From an uncultured Anaerolineaceae bacterium (GTDB lineage: Bacteria; Chloroflexota; Anaerolineae; Anaerolineales; Anaerolineaceae): DNA of 53,601 bases. The translations under genes were made by a program, and so were the position numbers. The stretch is taken from contig CAZQSG010000001.1 in assembly GCA_964595925.1 (NCBI GenBank), positions 27,437 through 81,037 of the forward strand, in the 5' to 3' direction. Numbering within the stretch: position 1 is the first letter of the stretch; every line of letters starts with the position of its first letter. The notes below the pieces were generated by a model. That model searched no databases, was not told the origin of the DNA, and saw only the letters and a program-made list of their open reading frames with translations. Shown here piece by piece: positions 36,204-44,697 of the stretch.

Positions 36204-36848
36204 TTATTGGGAATCCTCACCGTCTTCTGGAAGATCATTTGACTCAGGCGTTTCTTCAACGGTTTCTGTCATTTCTATAACTGCTTCAGCTTCTTCTTCA
36301 ACGACTTCCATCACTTCTTCACCAATTTCCGCTGCTTCATCAATAGTTTCTGACGTTTCTTCTATGTCTTCACTTTCTTCAAACAGAGAAGATGGGGATT
36401 CACCCTCACGATATACGAGAATGTCGATTACAGGGATGAGGTCGAGTGTAAGGCGAATTTCAGCCTTGTGTTCACCCAGGGTTCGAATAGGTTGAATTTC
36501 GATATTGCGACGGGAAATCACTTCACCACCAATGTTTTCGTTGACAGCATCAGCGATCATCTGAGATGTGATAGAACCATAAAGTTTGCCGGTTTCACCT
36601 GCTTTGGATGGGAAATGCAGTACGATTCCGTTAAGCTGGTTTGCAACACTTTCCATTTCCTTGTTGAGAATGGCGCGTTCTTTTTCTGCTTCTTCACGGA
36701 TTATTTCGGTCTGTTCTAATGCTTTTGGTGTAGCAAGCGTCGCGAATCCCTGGGGAACCAGGTAATTTCGGCCGTAGCCATTGGCAACTTTTTTTACATC
36801 GCCAGCGCGACCGAGGTTATAAACATCTTTTAATAATAAAACTTTCAT
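36204..36848 (-). CDS. rplI: 50S ribosomal protein L9 with a ~65-aa acidic C-terminal extension
   Basis: MKVLLLKDVYNLGRAGDVKKVANGYGRNYLVPQGFA is the canonical L9 N-terminus. ATG at 36848 is preferred over the TTG at 36857. The body aligns to ~150 aa, then EESEDIEETSETIDEAAEIGEEVMEVVEEEAEAVIEMTETVEETPESNDLPEDGEDSQ follows. Confidence 0.9.
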   Translation of the reverse strand: MKVLLLKDVYNLGRAGDVKKVANGYGRNYLVPQGFATLATPKALEQTEIIREEAEKERAILNKEMESVANQLNGIVLHFPSKAGETGKLYGSITSQMIADAVNENIGGEVISRRNIEIQPIRTLGEHKAEIRLTLDLIPVIDILVYREGESPSSLFEESEDIEETSETIDEAAEIGEEVMEVVEEEAEAVIEMTETVEETPESNDLPEDGEDSQ

Positions 36849-37075
36849 TTTTCTCAAGCCCTTTCTATATGAACCAGTACAATTATTAATTGCGAAGGGT
36901 ACTACGCAATCAGCTTTGAGATTTTACCATGATTGCTGGAGAATTCAAAGCGGATTGAGCAGCAAAGGGCTGGTTAAATTTCAGCTTTCTATCTGATTAT
37001 GCAGCGCATTTTAGGGTATACTGAGCACATATCATTCACCAGATATGTCTACATTTTGTAGCCGAAAGGAATAGA

Positions 37076-38725
37076 ATGACACTTCGCGAAGAGAAAAAAC
37101 GATGGAAGTCAGATGTTCTTGACCCAGCAATAAGTCGGTTCAGGGAAAGACAAGAAGAATTTGAAACCTTGTCTGGTATTCCTGTTGAGCAAATTTATTT
37201 GCCTTCTGAACGAGATTATTTAAGTGAAGAAGGATTTCCCGGGGAATATCCTTTTACTCGTGGTATTCAGCCGACAATGTATCGCGGCCGATTCTGGACG
37301 ATGCGGCAATATGCTGGATATGCTTCAGCGGAGGAATCCAACGCACGTTATCGATACCTTTTGTCACAAGGCCAAACGGGTTTATCTGTGGCATTTGATT
37401 TGCCTACCCAAATTGGATATGACGCTGACGATCCAATTGCTATTGGAGAAGTAGGTAAAGTCGGGGTGTCAATCAGCACTATAGATGATATGGCGCAGTT
37501 GTTCCATGAAATTCCTTTGGATAAAGTCTCTACCAGCATGACGATTAATGCGCCAGCCGGCATTTTGCTGGCGATGTATATCGTGGTTGCAAAACAGCAG
37601 GGTGTCGAAATTGGGCAGATCCGTGGAACAATTCAGAATGATATTTTAAAAGAGTATATTGCGCGTGGAACCTATATATTTCCTCCTAAACCCTCAATGA
37701 GATTAATCACGGATATATTTTCGTATGGTTTGAAGAACATTCCGCTATGGAATACAATCAGCATCTCTGGTTATCACATTCGAGAAGCTGGTTCAACAGC
37801 TGTCCAGGAATTGGCCTTTACGCTTGCAAATGCGATTGCTTACGTTGAAGCAGCATTGAAGGCAGGTTTGGAAGTAGATGCCTTTGCCTCTCAATTATCT
37901 TTCTTTTTTAATTCCCACAATAATTTTTTGGAAGAAATTGCTAAATTCCGAGCTGGGAGGCGCCTTTGGGCCAGGATCATGCGAGAACGATTTGGTGCAA
38001 AATTAGACCGTTCATGCCGTCTTCGATTCCACACGCAAACAGCCGGGTCTACACTGACTGCGCAACAACCTGAAAACAATATTGTACGCGTTACACTCCA
38101 GGCATTATCTGCTGTTCTTGGGGGGACACAGAGTCTTCACACGAACAGTATGGATGAAGCGTTATGGCTTCCAACTGAAAAATCAGTACGTACTGCATTG
38201 CGAACACAGCAAATCATTGCTCTTGAATCAGGTGTGGCCGATACTGTGGATCCTTTGGCAGGCTCTTATTATATCGAATACCTTACGGATGAAATTTGCA
38301 AACGGGCAATGGAATATATTGAACGGATTGATCAAATGGGTGGGTCATTGGCAGCAATAGAAGCAGGTTACATTCAGAATGAAATTCAAGATGCGGCTTA
38401 TCAATATCAAAAATCAGTTGAAGATGGTTCAAGTCTTATCGTAGGTTTAAACACCTTCAAAGTTGATGAGGTGGTTGAGTTAGAGCGGTTGAAAGTAAAT
38501 CCTGCAATCGAAGAAGGGCAAAAGAAGAAATTAAAAGAATTTCGGGAAAGACGCAATAATCAGCGTGTTGTTGAGCTGAAAACGAAATTGGAGGACGCTG
38601 CAAAAGGTGATCAAAATATGATGCCTCTATTGATTACCTGTGTTGAAGAGCATCTGACGTTGGGCGAAATATGCAACGTTTTACGGGATGTATGGGGCGA
38701 ATATTCTGCTTCTCAATTTGGTTAG
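37076..38725 (+). CDS. Methylmalonyl-CoA (acyl-CoA) mutase, catalytic large-subunit domain without a fused B12-binding domain
   Basis: [49 protein letters not shown] and [14 protein letters not shown] motifs. 549 aa, so it ends before the B12-binding domain. Confidence 0.9.
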   Translation: MTLREEKKRWKSDVLDPAISRFRERQEEFETLSGIPVEQIYLPSERDYLSEEGFPGEYPFTRGIQPTMYRGRFWTMRQYAGYASAEESNARYRYLLSQGQTGLSVAFDLPTQIGYDADDPIAIGEVGKVGVSISTIDDMAQLFHEIPLDKVSTSMTINAPAGILLAMYIVVAKQQGVEIGQIRGTIQNDILKEYIARGTYIFPPKPSMRLITDIFSYGLKNIPLWNTISISGYHIREAGSTAVQELAFTLANAIAYVEAALKAGLEVDAFASQLSFFFNSHNNFLEEIAKFRAGRRLWARIMRERFGAKLDRSCRLRFHTQTAGSTLTAQQPENNIVRVTLQALSAVLGGTQSLHTNSMDEALWLPTEKSVRTALRTQQIIALESGVADTVDPLAGSYYIEYLTDEICKRAMEYIERIDQMGGSLAAIEAGYIQNEIQDAAYQYQKSVEDGSSLIVGLNTFKVDEVVELERLKVNPAIEEGQKKKLKEFRERRNNQRVVELKTKLEDAAKGDQNMMPLLITCVEEHLTLGEICNVLRDVWGEYSASQFG

Positions 38726-38734
38726 GAGAGATTG

Positions 38735-39148
38735 ATGTCAAAGATTTTGAGAATTAATCATATTGCGATTGCTGTCAATAATCTTGATGATGCGATGCCG
38801 TTCTGGAAAGATGTTTTAGGGATTCCCATAGATCATATTGAAGCTGTTCCTTCACAGAAATCAAAGGTCGCTTTTTTCCCAATCGGCGATAGTGAAATCG
38901 AACTTGTTATGCCAACTGACCCCGGCACCGGATTGGCGAAATATCTTGAGAAGCATGGAGAGGGAATACATCATATTTGTTTTGAAGTTGATGACATAGA
39001 ATCAAGCCTGGAAACGTTGAGGGAAAGGGGAATCCGTTTGATTGATAATGAAGCCAGGGTTTTACCCGGACGAAAAATCGCATTTATCCATCCCAAAAGT
39101 ACAGGTGGTGTACTGGTTGAATTATATGAACTGGTATTAGAGGGATAA
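38735..39148 (+). CDS. mce: Methylmalonyl-CoA epimerase (VOC family)
   Basis: INHIAIAVNNLDDA, IELVMP, and GEGIHHICFEVDDI. It lies 7-10 nt downstream of the mutase gene. Confidence 0.8.
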   Translation: MSKILRINHIAIAVNNLDDAMPFWKDVLGIPIDHIEAVPSQKSKVAFFPIGDSEIELVMPTDPGTGLAKYLEKHGEGIHHICFEVDDIESSLETLRERGIRLIDNEARVLPGRKIAFIHPKSTGGVLVELYELVLEG

Positions 39149-39249
39149 TGTAAGGTTTTTAGAGGAATTCTAACCGTGATTGAGGGGTTTTGATTTGGTA
39201 ATAACCTTTTATATGGTATATTATTGGTCTTGAAAGGAAATATTAGTTC

Positions 39250-40260
39250 ATGCCACTTCTCACAAGACATTTAGGTATCGATCTTGGTACTATCAACATT
39301 GTAGTAGCGGAGGGTCGCCAGATATTATTAGAAGAACCGACAGTTGTTGCTATCCTTATTGAAGAGCAAAAAATGGTGGAATGGGGGCAGTCGGCAAAAG
39401 ACATGTATGGCCGTGTACCTGAGGATTCGATTGAGGTTGTTCGTCCGCTTCGAAATGGGGTTATCGCAGAATATGAGATAACCGAAAATTTGTTGAATTT
39501 CATTGTAAGAAAACTTTGCGGTCCTATGATGTTATTTCGGCCAACTATCATGCTTACTGTACCTTATGGTGTAACGAGCGTAGAAAGACGCGCTGTGCAT
39601 GAGGCGGGTTTAGGCGCCGGCAGTCGGGATGTATTATTGATTCAGCAACCGCTTGCAGCAGCAATTGGCATTGATTTACCAATATCTACTCCTTCTGGTA
39701 ATATGATTATGTCTCTTGGGGGCGGGACCTCGCAGGCTGCGGTGATTGCGATGAATACGATTATCTCAGCAGGGACTACCCGTTCAGCCGGGTTGCGTAT
39801 GGATGAATCCATTATTAGTTATGTAAGAAAGAAATACGGTATCATTATAGGGCAGCCAACAGCCGAACAATTAAAAATCCGAATCGGTTCAGCACTGCCC
39901 ATGGAAGACTCTTTAACGATGGAAGTGCAGGGACAGGATCAGGTAACTGCGCTGCCTCGTCCAATCACATTAACTACAGAAGATATTGTTGAATCTTTAC
40001 AACCTCCACTTCATGACATTGTTGAAAACGTAAAGCGAATACTTGAGAATACACCACCAGAATTGATATCCGATATTATTGATCGTGGCGTTGCGATCTG
40101 CGGTGGAACCTCACTATTGAGGAACATCGATAAATATCTGACGAAATCGCTGGGCATTCCCGCATACCGTGTTGATAATCCTTATACATGCACTGCTGAA
40201 GGAGCTGCAAAAGCGATTGAGATGCGAGATGAGTTGCGCAGGAGCTTATTAAAAGCTTAG
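39250..40260 (+). CDS. mreB: Rod shape-determining actin homologue MreB
   Basis: LGIDLGTINIVV (phosphate-1), GGGTSQAAVIA (phosphate-2), RGVAICGGTSLLRNID. 336 aa. Confidence 0.9.
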   Translation: MPLLTRHLGIDLGTINIVVAEGRQILLEEPTVVAILIEEQKMVEWGQSAKDMYGRVPEDSIEVVRPLRNGVIAEYEITENLLNFIVRKLCGPMMLFRPTIMLTVPYGVTSVERRAVHEAGLGAGSRDVLLIQQPLAAAIGIDLPISTPSGNMIMSLGGGTSQAAVIAMNTIISAGTTRSAGLRMDESIISYVRKKYGIIIGQPTAEQLKIRIGSALPMEDSLTMEVQGQDQVTALPRPITLTTEDIVESLQPPLHDIVENVKRILENTPPELISDIIDRGVAICGGTSLLRNIDKYLTKSLGIPAYRVDNPYTCTAEGAAKAIEMRDELRRSLLKA

Positions 40261-41261
40261 CATTCTTTTTCTAAGTAATCACGTTTTTCCAGGCACAAAT
40301 TATCCAATTCATGAACAAATGAGTGGACAGTCTCAGTTGTTAACAGAGCCCGTTTTTCCTCTTTTTCTAGGAAATAGACTTTCAAGTAATTTACCGCGTG
40401 TTTACGGAATAACATAACGCCGATTCGTTCATTATAAAAAGCTGCCATTGCTGATAAATGGTTAATCATAGTCTGACGCACTTCGGGAAATGGTATCTCA
40501 AAGCGATCTCTCATGGAAAAAATCCAGGGATTACCGATAGATGCTCTCCCGATCATAACGGCATCGCAATTCGTGTGATCCAGCATTCGCTGGATATCCG
40601 CAACGCATTTAATATCTCCATTCCCTACGATTGGGATAGAAACTGCTTGTTTAATTTCGGCAATTGCGTCCCAATCGGCTTCTCCGTTATAACCCTGGTT
40701 TTTTGTCCGGCCGTGAACGGCTATAGAGCTTCCTCCATTGTCTTCAATAATTTTTGCAACTTCCAGGTAATTACGTGTGGCCCCGTTCCATCCAAGACGT
40801 ATTTTTCCTGTTACCGGAACAGGCAGGGTCTGACTCAGATTCTGGAAAATTGTCTTTATCTTTTTGGGAGTGCGAAGTAATCCTGCTCCTGCTCCGCGTC
40901 CTGACACTTCTTTTGATGAACATCCCATATTGATATCAATGATGTCGGGATTCGCTTTTAAAATGATATTTGCTGATCGAATGATTCTCTCAGGCTCATT
41001 ATCATAAATTTGAATAGAGAAGGGCCTTTCAGATGGGTCAAAGGCCAGACGCTGAGAAATGCGGTAAGGGTGTCCATGAATGATTTCGAGGGCGTTAATA
41101 AATTCGGAAGTGCTGAGAGAAGCCCCGTATTTTCGGCAGATCATTCGAAAGGGTTGGTCTGAAATGCCTTCCATTGGAGCGAGCAAACATCTACCATTAA
41201 TTGGAACATCTTTAATAAACCAGGTATCTGAAAGTGTATTTATTTGTTGACTGTTCATCAT
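40257..41261 (-). CDS. tRNA-dihydrouridine synthase (Dus family)
   Basis: LAPMEGISDQPFR, DINMGCSSKEV, VTGKIRLGW, IAVHGRT and VGNGDI motifs. Confidence 0.85.
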   Translation of the reverse strand: MMNSQQINTLSDTWFIKDVPINGRCLLAPMEGISDQPFRMICRKYGASLSTSEFINALEIIHGHPYRISQRLAFDPSERPFSIQIYDNEPERIIRSANIILKANPDIIDINMGCSSKEVSGRGAGAGLLRTPKKIKTIFQNLSQTLPVPVTGKIRLGWNGATRNYLEVAKIIEDNGGSSIAVHGRTKNQGYNGEADWDAIAEIKQAVSIPIVGNGDIKCVADIQRMLDHTNCDAVMIGRASIGNPWIFSMRDRFEIPFPEVRQTMINHLSAMAAFYNERIGVMLFRKHAVNYLKVYFLEKEEKRALLTTETVHSFVHELDNLCLEKRDYLEKEC

Positions 41262-41326
41262 GAAATTATTATAATCGGAGGATGAGGAAATTGTTCAGTT
41301 TAAAGGAATAAATTATTACTTCAGGT

Positions 41327-41355
41327 TTGGATTTTTAAATATATTATGGTATTAT
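41327..41355 (+). promoter_or_regulatory. Sigma70-like promoter with extended -10 for infC-rpmI-rplT
   Basis: TTGGAT (41327-41332), a 17-nt spacer, then TATTAT (41350-41355) preceded by TGg (41347-41349). The predicted TSS is near 41362. Confidence 0.5.
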
Positions 41356-41357
41356 GT

Positions 41358-41388
41358 TACATGCGTCTCTGAGTATCTGACGCATGTA
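41358..41388 (+). promoter_or_regulatory. 10-bp hairpin/palindrome at the start of the infC leader
   Basis: TACATGCGTC (41358-41367) pairs with GACGCATGTA (41379-41388) across an 11-nt loop. A U-rich stretch AUUUAUGUUUAUAUU follows, then SD AAGGAG (41405-41410). Confidence 0.45.
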
Positions 41389-41417
41389 TTTATGTTTATA
41401 TTAAAAGGAGAAAAGTC

Positions 41418-41945
41418 ATAAGCACTTCAAATTTTCGTGTCAATGAATCAATCCGGAGTAAAGAAGTTCGGTTGATTGGCCCAGATGGGACCAATATTGG
41501 CGTTATCCCTACGCTGAAGGCAAAGGCAATTGCGGATGAAGCAGATCTAGATCTCGTAGAGGTTGCTCCAGACGCAAACCCGCCAGTTTGTCGTGTAATG
41601 GATTATGGTAAGTTTTTATATGAACGGACCAAGAAAGAAAAAGAAGCGAGAAAATCTCAAACAAAAGTGGAGATGAAGGAAATTCGACTGCGTCCGAAAA
41701 CAAACGCACATCATCGCGGCTTTAAGACAAGAGATGCTCGTCGCTGGTTGGAAACCGGATTAAAAGTACGTGTGACCATACGGTTTCGGGGACGCGAAAT
41801 TCATTACCCTGAAATTGCACTAGAAGATTTAAAAGAAATTGGGGAAGAGTTATCAGATGTATCAAAAATCGAGCAGAGACCAAAAATGGAAGGACGCGCC
41901 ATGTCGATGATGCTGGTGCCGTTAAAAACAGGGAAAAAGAAATAA
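41418..41945 (+). CDS. infC: Translation initiation factor IF-3, non-AUG (ATA) start
   Basis: The ORF track starts at the TTG at 41472. The in-frame upstream codons encode (I)STSNFRVNESIRSKEVRLIGPDG, which is the conserved IF-3 N-terminus (INE.IR..EVRLI). The only plausible initiator is ATA at 41418, 7 nt after AAGGAG. Confidence 0.8.
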   Translation: MSTSNFRVNESIRSKEVRLIGPDGTNIGVIPTLKAKAIADEADLDLVEVAPDANPPVCRVMDYGKFLYERTKKEKEARKSQTKVEMKEIRLRPKTNAHHRGFKTRDARRWLETGLKVRVTIRFRGREIHYPEIALEDLKEIGEELSDVSKIEQRPKMEGRAMSMMLVPLKTGKKK

Positions 41946-42090
41946 TTCTAAAGATGCTTTATACCCTATCCACAGGGAAAGGCTTATTTAGAATAAAGAA
42001 ATGGATCACTTCATAAGGTAATTGTCACTTTTCGGTTGTTTCTTGCAAACCTTAAAACTAATCAATATCTATTGGTGAGAGGAGTTTGTT

Positions 42091-42324
42091 GTGTCAAAAA
42101 AAGTAAAAACAAAAAAATATAAACTTAAGACCCATAAAGCAACTTCGAAACGGTTCAAAGCTACCGGTTCGGGAAAGGTTATGCGTACAAAAGGTGGTAA
42201 AAGTCACTTTCGACGTCGCCGATCCAAACGCGTTAAAGGTCAGTTGGATGAGATGCTTCCAGTTAACGGGAAAAGTATTGTCAAACGAGTCAATCGTCTT
42301 GCGCCTTATCTGAAGAAAAAATAA
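42091..42324 (+). CDS. rpmI: 50S ribosomal protein L35
   Basis: KLKTHKATSKRFKATGSGKVMR matches the L35 core. A GTG start follows SD GAGAGGAG by 6 nt. Confidence 0.85.
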   Translation: MSKKVKTKKYKLKTHKATSKRFKATGSGKVMRTKGGKSHFRRRRSKRVKGQLDEMLPVNGKSIVKRVNRLAPYLKKK

Positions 42325-42412
42325 TAATATTTCAAATATTAATTGCGGCTATTGGGTGTTCTTAACAAGTGAGAAAATCACTGACGCCCCTGGGTACGCA
42401 AAGGAGTAAATG

Positions 42413-42760
42413 ATGGCAAGAGTAAAAGGTGGCCCAGTAGGTTACCGAAAACATAAAAAAGTATTGAAGGCCACAAAAGGCCAATTTGGCACTCGCAGCA
42501 AATTGTTCCGACGCGCTAATGAAGCGATGATGAAAAGCCTGTGGTATGCGTATCGTGATCGACGAAATCGTAAGCGAGACCTGCGCCGTTTATGGATTGC
42601 TCGCATTAATGCAGCATCCCGTATTAATGGTGTACCATATAGCAAGTTGATCTATTTGCTCAAGCAGGCTGATATCCAAATCAACCGCAAGATGTTAGCA
42701 GATCTGGCAGTAAATGATCCTGCTGCTTTCACCGTTATCGTGGAAAAAGCAAAAGGATAA
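42413..42760 (+). CDS. rplT: 50S ribosomal protein L20
   Basis: [19 protein letters not shown]...[24 protein letters not shown] is canonical L20. The second ATG is preferred. Confidence 0.92.
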   Translation: MARVKGGPVGYRKHKKVLKATKGQFGTRSKLFRRANEAMMKSLWYAYRDRRNRKRDLRRLWIARINAASRINGVPYSKLIYLLKQADIQINRKMLADLAVNDPAAFTVIVEKAKG

Positions 42761-42798
42761 AATTGCTGCGAAAGAAACAACCTTAAGTGATCATTCAA

Positions 42799-42825
42799 CG
42801 GGAAGATTAATTTCTTCCCGTTTTT
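42799..42825 (+). terminator. Rho-independent terminator of the infC-rpmI-rplT operon
   Basis: CGGGAAGA (42799-42806) pairs with TCTTCCCG (42813-42820) across a 6-nt loop, followed by TTTTT (42821-42825). Confidence 0.8.
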
Positions 42826-42828
42826 CTT

Positions 42829-42864
42829 AAATGAAATTTGACAAGTTTGACATGAATTTCATTT
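42829..42864. repeat. Perfect 10-bp inverted repeat enclosing two TTGACA hexamers
   Basis: AAATGAAATT (42829-42838) pairs with AATTTCATTT (42855-42864). The 16-nt spacer and its left edge contain TTGACA at 42838-42843 and at 42847-42852. A possible weak -10 TTTACT lies 17 nt after the second hexamer. Confidence 0.45.
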
Positions 42865-43098
42865 CTTGATTTACTCAAGCAGGATACAGGAGTATGTGTT
42901 CTATACTATAATGTTTTTATGCCTTTTTAGAAGTAAGACGCTACGAATATGTCATAGGAATTCGGCAGAAGAGAGGCATGACATTGAGAAAATTAGTATT
43001 GTTTCAGAATCTAATTTGGATAAATGTTTTCGCATTAATAAAGAGAAATTACGAATAATCCGATTATTACTTCCGCTGACAACCCCAAAATCCAATAT

Positions 43099-43851
43099 GT
43101 GCGTGAACTTCTTCGAAAAAAGAAATTTAGGATCGCAGAGCAGGTATATGTGGCTGAAGGTGTGCGTCTGGTCGAAGAAGTTGCGAAAAATGAAATTCGT
43201 CCCAAAATTCTTCTTTATTCTGATGCAGTTTCTGATCGTGGGTATGAAACCATCAAATATTTTCAGAATATTGGGGTTCAAATTTTTCAAGTCGCAGATT
43301 ATTTATTGGCAAGAATATCAGGCACAAAGACATCACAAGGGGTAATCGCTGTTCTTTCAATGGAAAAGAAACAATTTTCTGCAATTCCATCATTTTTGTT
43401 GATTGTGGACCACGTTCGAGATCCAGGCAATATGGGAACTTTGCTGAGGACAGCCAGAGCTGCCGGTGTGGATGGTGTGATGGTTTTGGACGGTTCTGTT
43501 GATGTTTATTCACCAAAGGCTGTTCGAGCTGGAATGGGTGCACACTTTTCTTTGGCCATTCAAACGATAACTGTCAAAAGACTGCTTGCATATTTTGACG
43601 AGTTATATCTAAATCGACCTAAAACATTTGCTATGGTTGTGACAAACGGTAAGCCTATCTGGCAAAGTGATTTTCGACAACCCTGCGCATTGGTAGTGGG
43701 GGGAGAGGCGAATGGTGTGTCCAGTGAAATGCTGGAGATATGTGACGAGAAAATCACAATTCCAATGAAGGATAATACGGAGTCCTTGAATGCTGGAATT
43801 GCAGGTAGCGTTGCGTTATTTGAAGTTTTCCGACAACGTTGGCAGCAATAA
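43099..43851 (+). CDS. TrmH/SpoU-family RNA 2'-O-methyltransferase (RlmB-like); true start possibly upstream at ATT 43063
   Basis: FVAEGVRLVEE-type N-domain, SPOUT motifs DHVRDPGNMGTLLRTA, LVVGGEANGVS and ESLNAGIAGSVALFE. GTG at 43099 is the first canonical start. The in-frame upstream codons encode IYTSADNPKIQY, which resembles the family N-terminus. Confidence 0.8.
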   Translation: MRELLRKKKFRIAEQVYVAEGVRLVEEVAKNEIRPKILLYSDAVSDRGYETIKYFQNIGVQIFQVADYLLARISGTKTSQGVIAVLSMEKKQFSAIPSFLLIVDHVRDPGNMGTLLRTARAAGVDGVMVLDGSVDVYSPKAVRAGMGAHFSLAIQTITVKRLLAYFDELYLNRPKTFAMVVTNGKPIWQSDFRQPCALVVGGEANGVSSEMLEICDEKITIPMKDNTESLNAGIAGSVALFEVFRQRWQQ

Positions 43852-43858
43852 ACAAGTG

Positions 43859-44689
43859 CTATTGCACCTGTTTAAAATCAATCATAATCCAATTCTGTGT
43901 GCAATGCCCAGTTGTAGAAAAGTGAACCTTTGCGGAAAGTGGAAGGCCTTCCTCATCGATTAATTGCACCCATTTAACTGGAGGGGAATATACAGGTTTA
44001 TCTCCTAATTCAAATTCATATCCTGAGTCACCAAAAATGATAGAATCTCCACTTTTAGTATATCGAAATTCAAATTCTTCATCAATTGAAAAACCACCCA
44101 AGCGTACCTTAATTCCAGTCAAGGGATTTCCAAGTATATCAAAAACCTGGCCGCCAACACCGAGCCAATTACAATTAAGAATTGGATTCTCGGCAAATTC
44201 ATTGTAGGGTGACTCATTAAACCTTGGCTCTTTCACAAGGACAAACGAATAAAGGTAGCCAATTTTCGGCGTTGGTGTTGGTGTATAGAATATTTGATCA
44301 GGGTGAATATCAGTCGAAACGAAATGAATTTCTGCTACTGCTTTATCCATCGTGGGAGTTATCGAGGCGGAGGTATCGGGCGAAGGAGTAATAACATTTG
44401 TGGGCACACTTTTTGTTGCGGTACAACTGGCTGTAGGTGTGATAGAAGGAATTGGTGAAAATTGATTTTCAATAGCTATCGTTTGTGTGAGTGCAAGTGC
44501 CACTTCATTTTGAGAGATCGAATTTTTGGGTGTTGCAGGTGGAAAAGGGTTAAGTATGCTTTGGGGTTCTGCGAATATTAACAGAAAATAAATTACTATT
44601 ACAACCAAAAGAATGATGAAAAAGATCGTAAAAAATGAGAATATCCCTTGATAAGTTCTTTTTGTTTTTCTTATTTGTTGATTTCCCAT
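43859..44689 (-). CDS. Hypothetical membrane-anchored extracytoplasmic protein
   Basis: N-terminal TM anchor (FSFFTIFFIILLVVIVIYFLLIF), a Ser/Thr/Pro-rich segment, and a ~150-aa C-terminal domain with no motif I recognise. SD AGAGGAAAC is present. It lies 8 nt downstream of the PPIase gene. Confidence 0.5.
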   Translation of the reverse strand: MGNQQIRKTKRTYQGIFSFFTIFFIILLVVIVIYFLLIFAEPQSILNPFPPATPKNSISQNEVALALTQTIAIENQFSPIPSITPTASCTATKSVPTNVITPSPDTSASITPTMDKAVAEIHFVSTDIHPDQIFYTPTPTPKIGYLYSFVLVKEPRFNESPYNEFAENPILNCNWLGVGGQVFDILGNPLTGIKVRLGGFSIDEEFEFRYTKSGDSIIFGDSGYEFELGDKPVYSPPVKWVQLIDEEGLPLSAKVHFSTTGHCTQNWIMIDFKQVQ

Positions 44690-44697
44690 TGTTTCCT

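Noticed and set aside
40458-40880. 140-aa plus-strand ORF antisense to the dus gene. Similar shadow ORFs lie at 46760-47173, 47628-47921 and 47997-48422, antisense to nrdJ.
   Set aside because: They sit inside genes with unambiguous family motifs and have no independent signals.
42978-43058. 26-codon hydrophobic uORF upstream of the TrmH-family gene.
   Set aside because: The only SD-like element (GAGAGG) is 1 nt from the ATG, and I cannot assess conservation. It is mentioned under the TrmH finding but not called as a gene.
42866-43345. 159-aa plus-strand ORF and 112-aa minus-strand ORF (42952-43290) spanning the rplT-trmH spacer and the 5' part of the trmH-family gene.
   Set aside because: The translations are Phe/Ile/Lys/Arg-rich junk typical of AT-rich non-coding DNA read in frame. 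They overlap the methyltransferase gene out of frame and have no SD.
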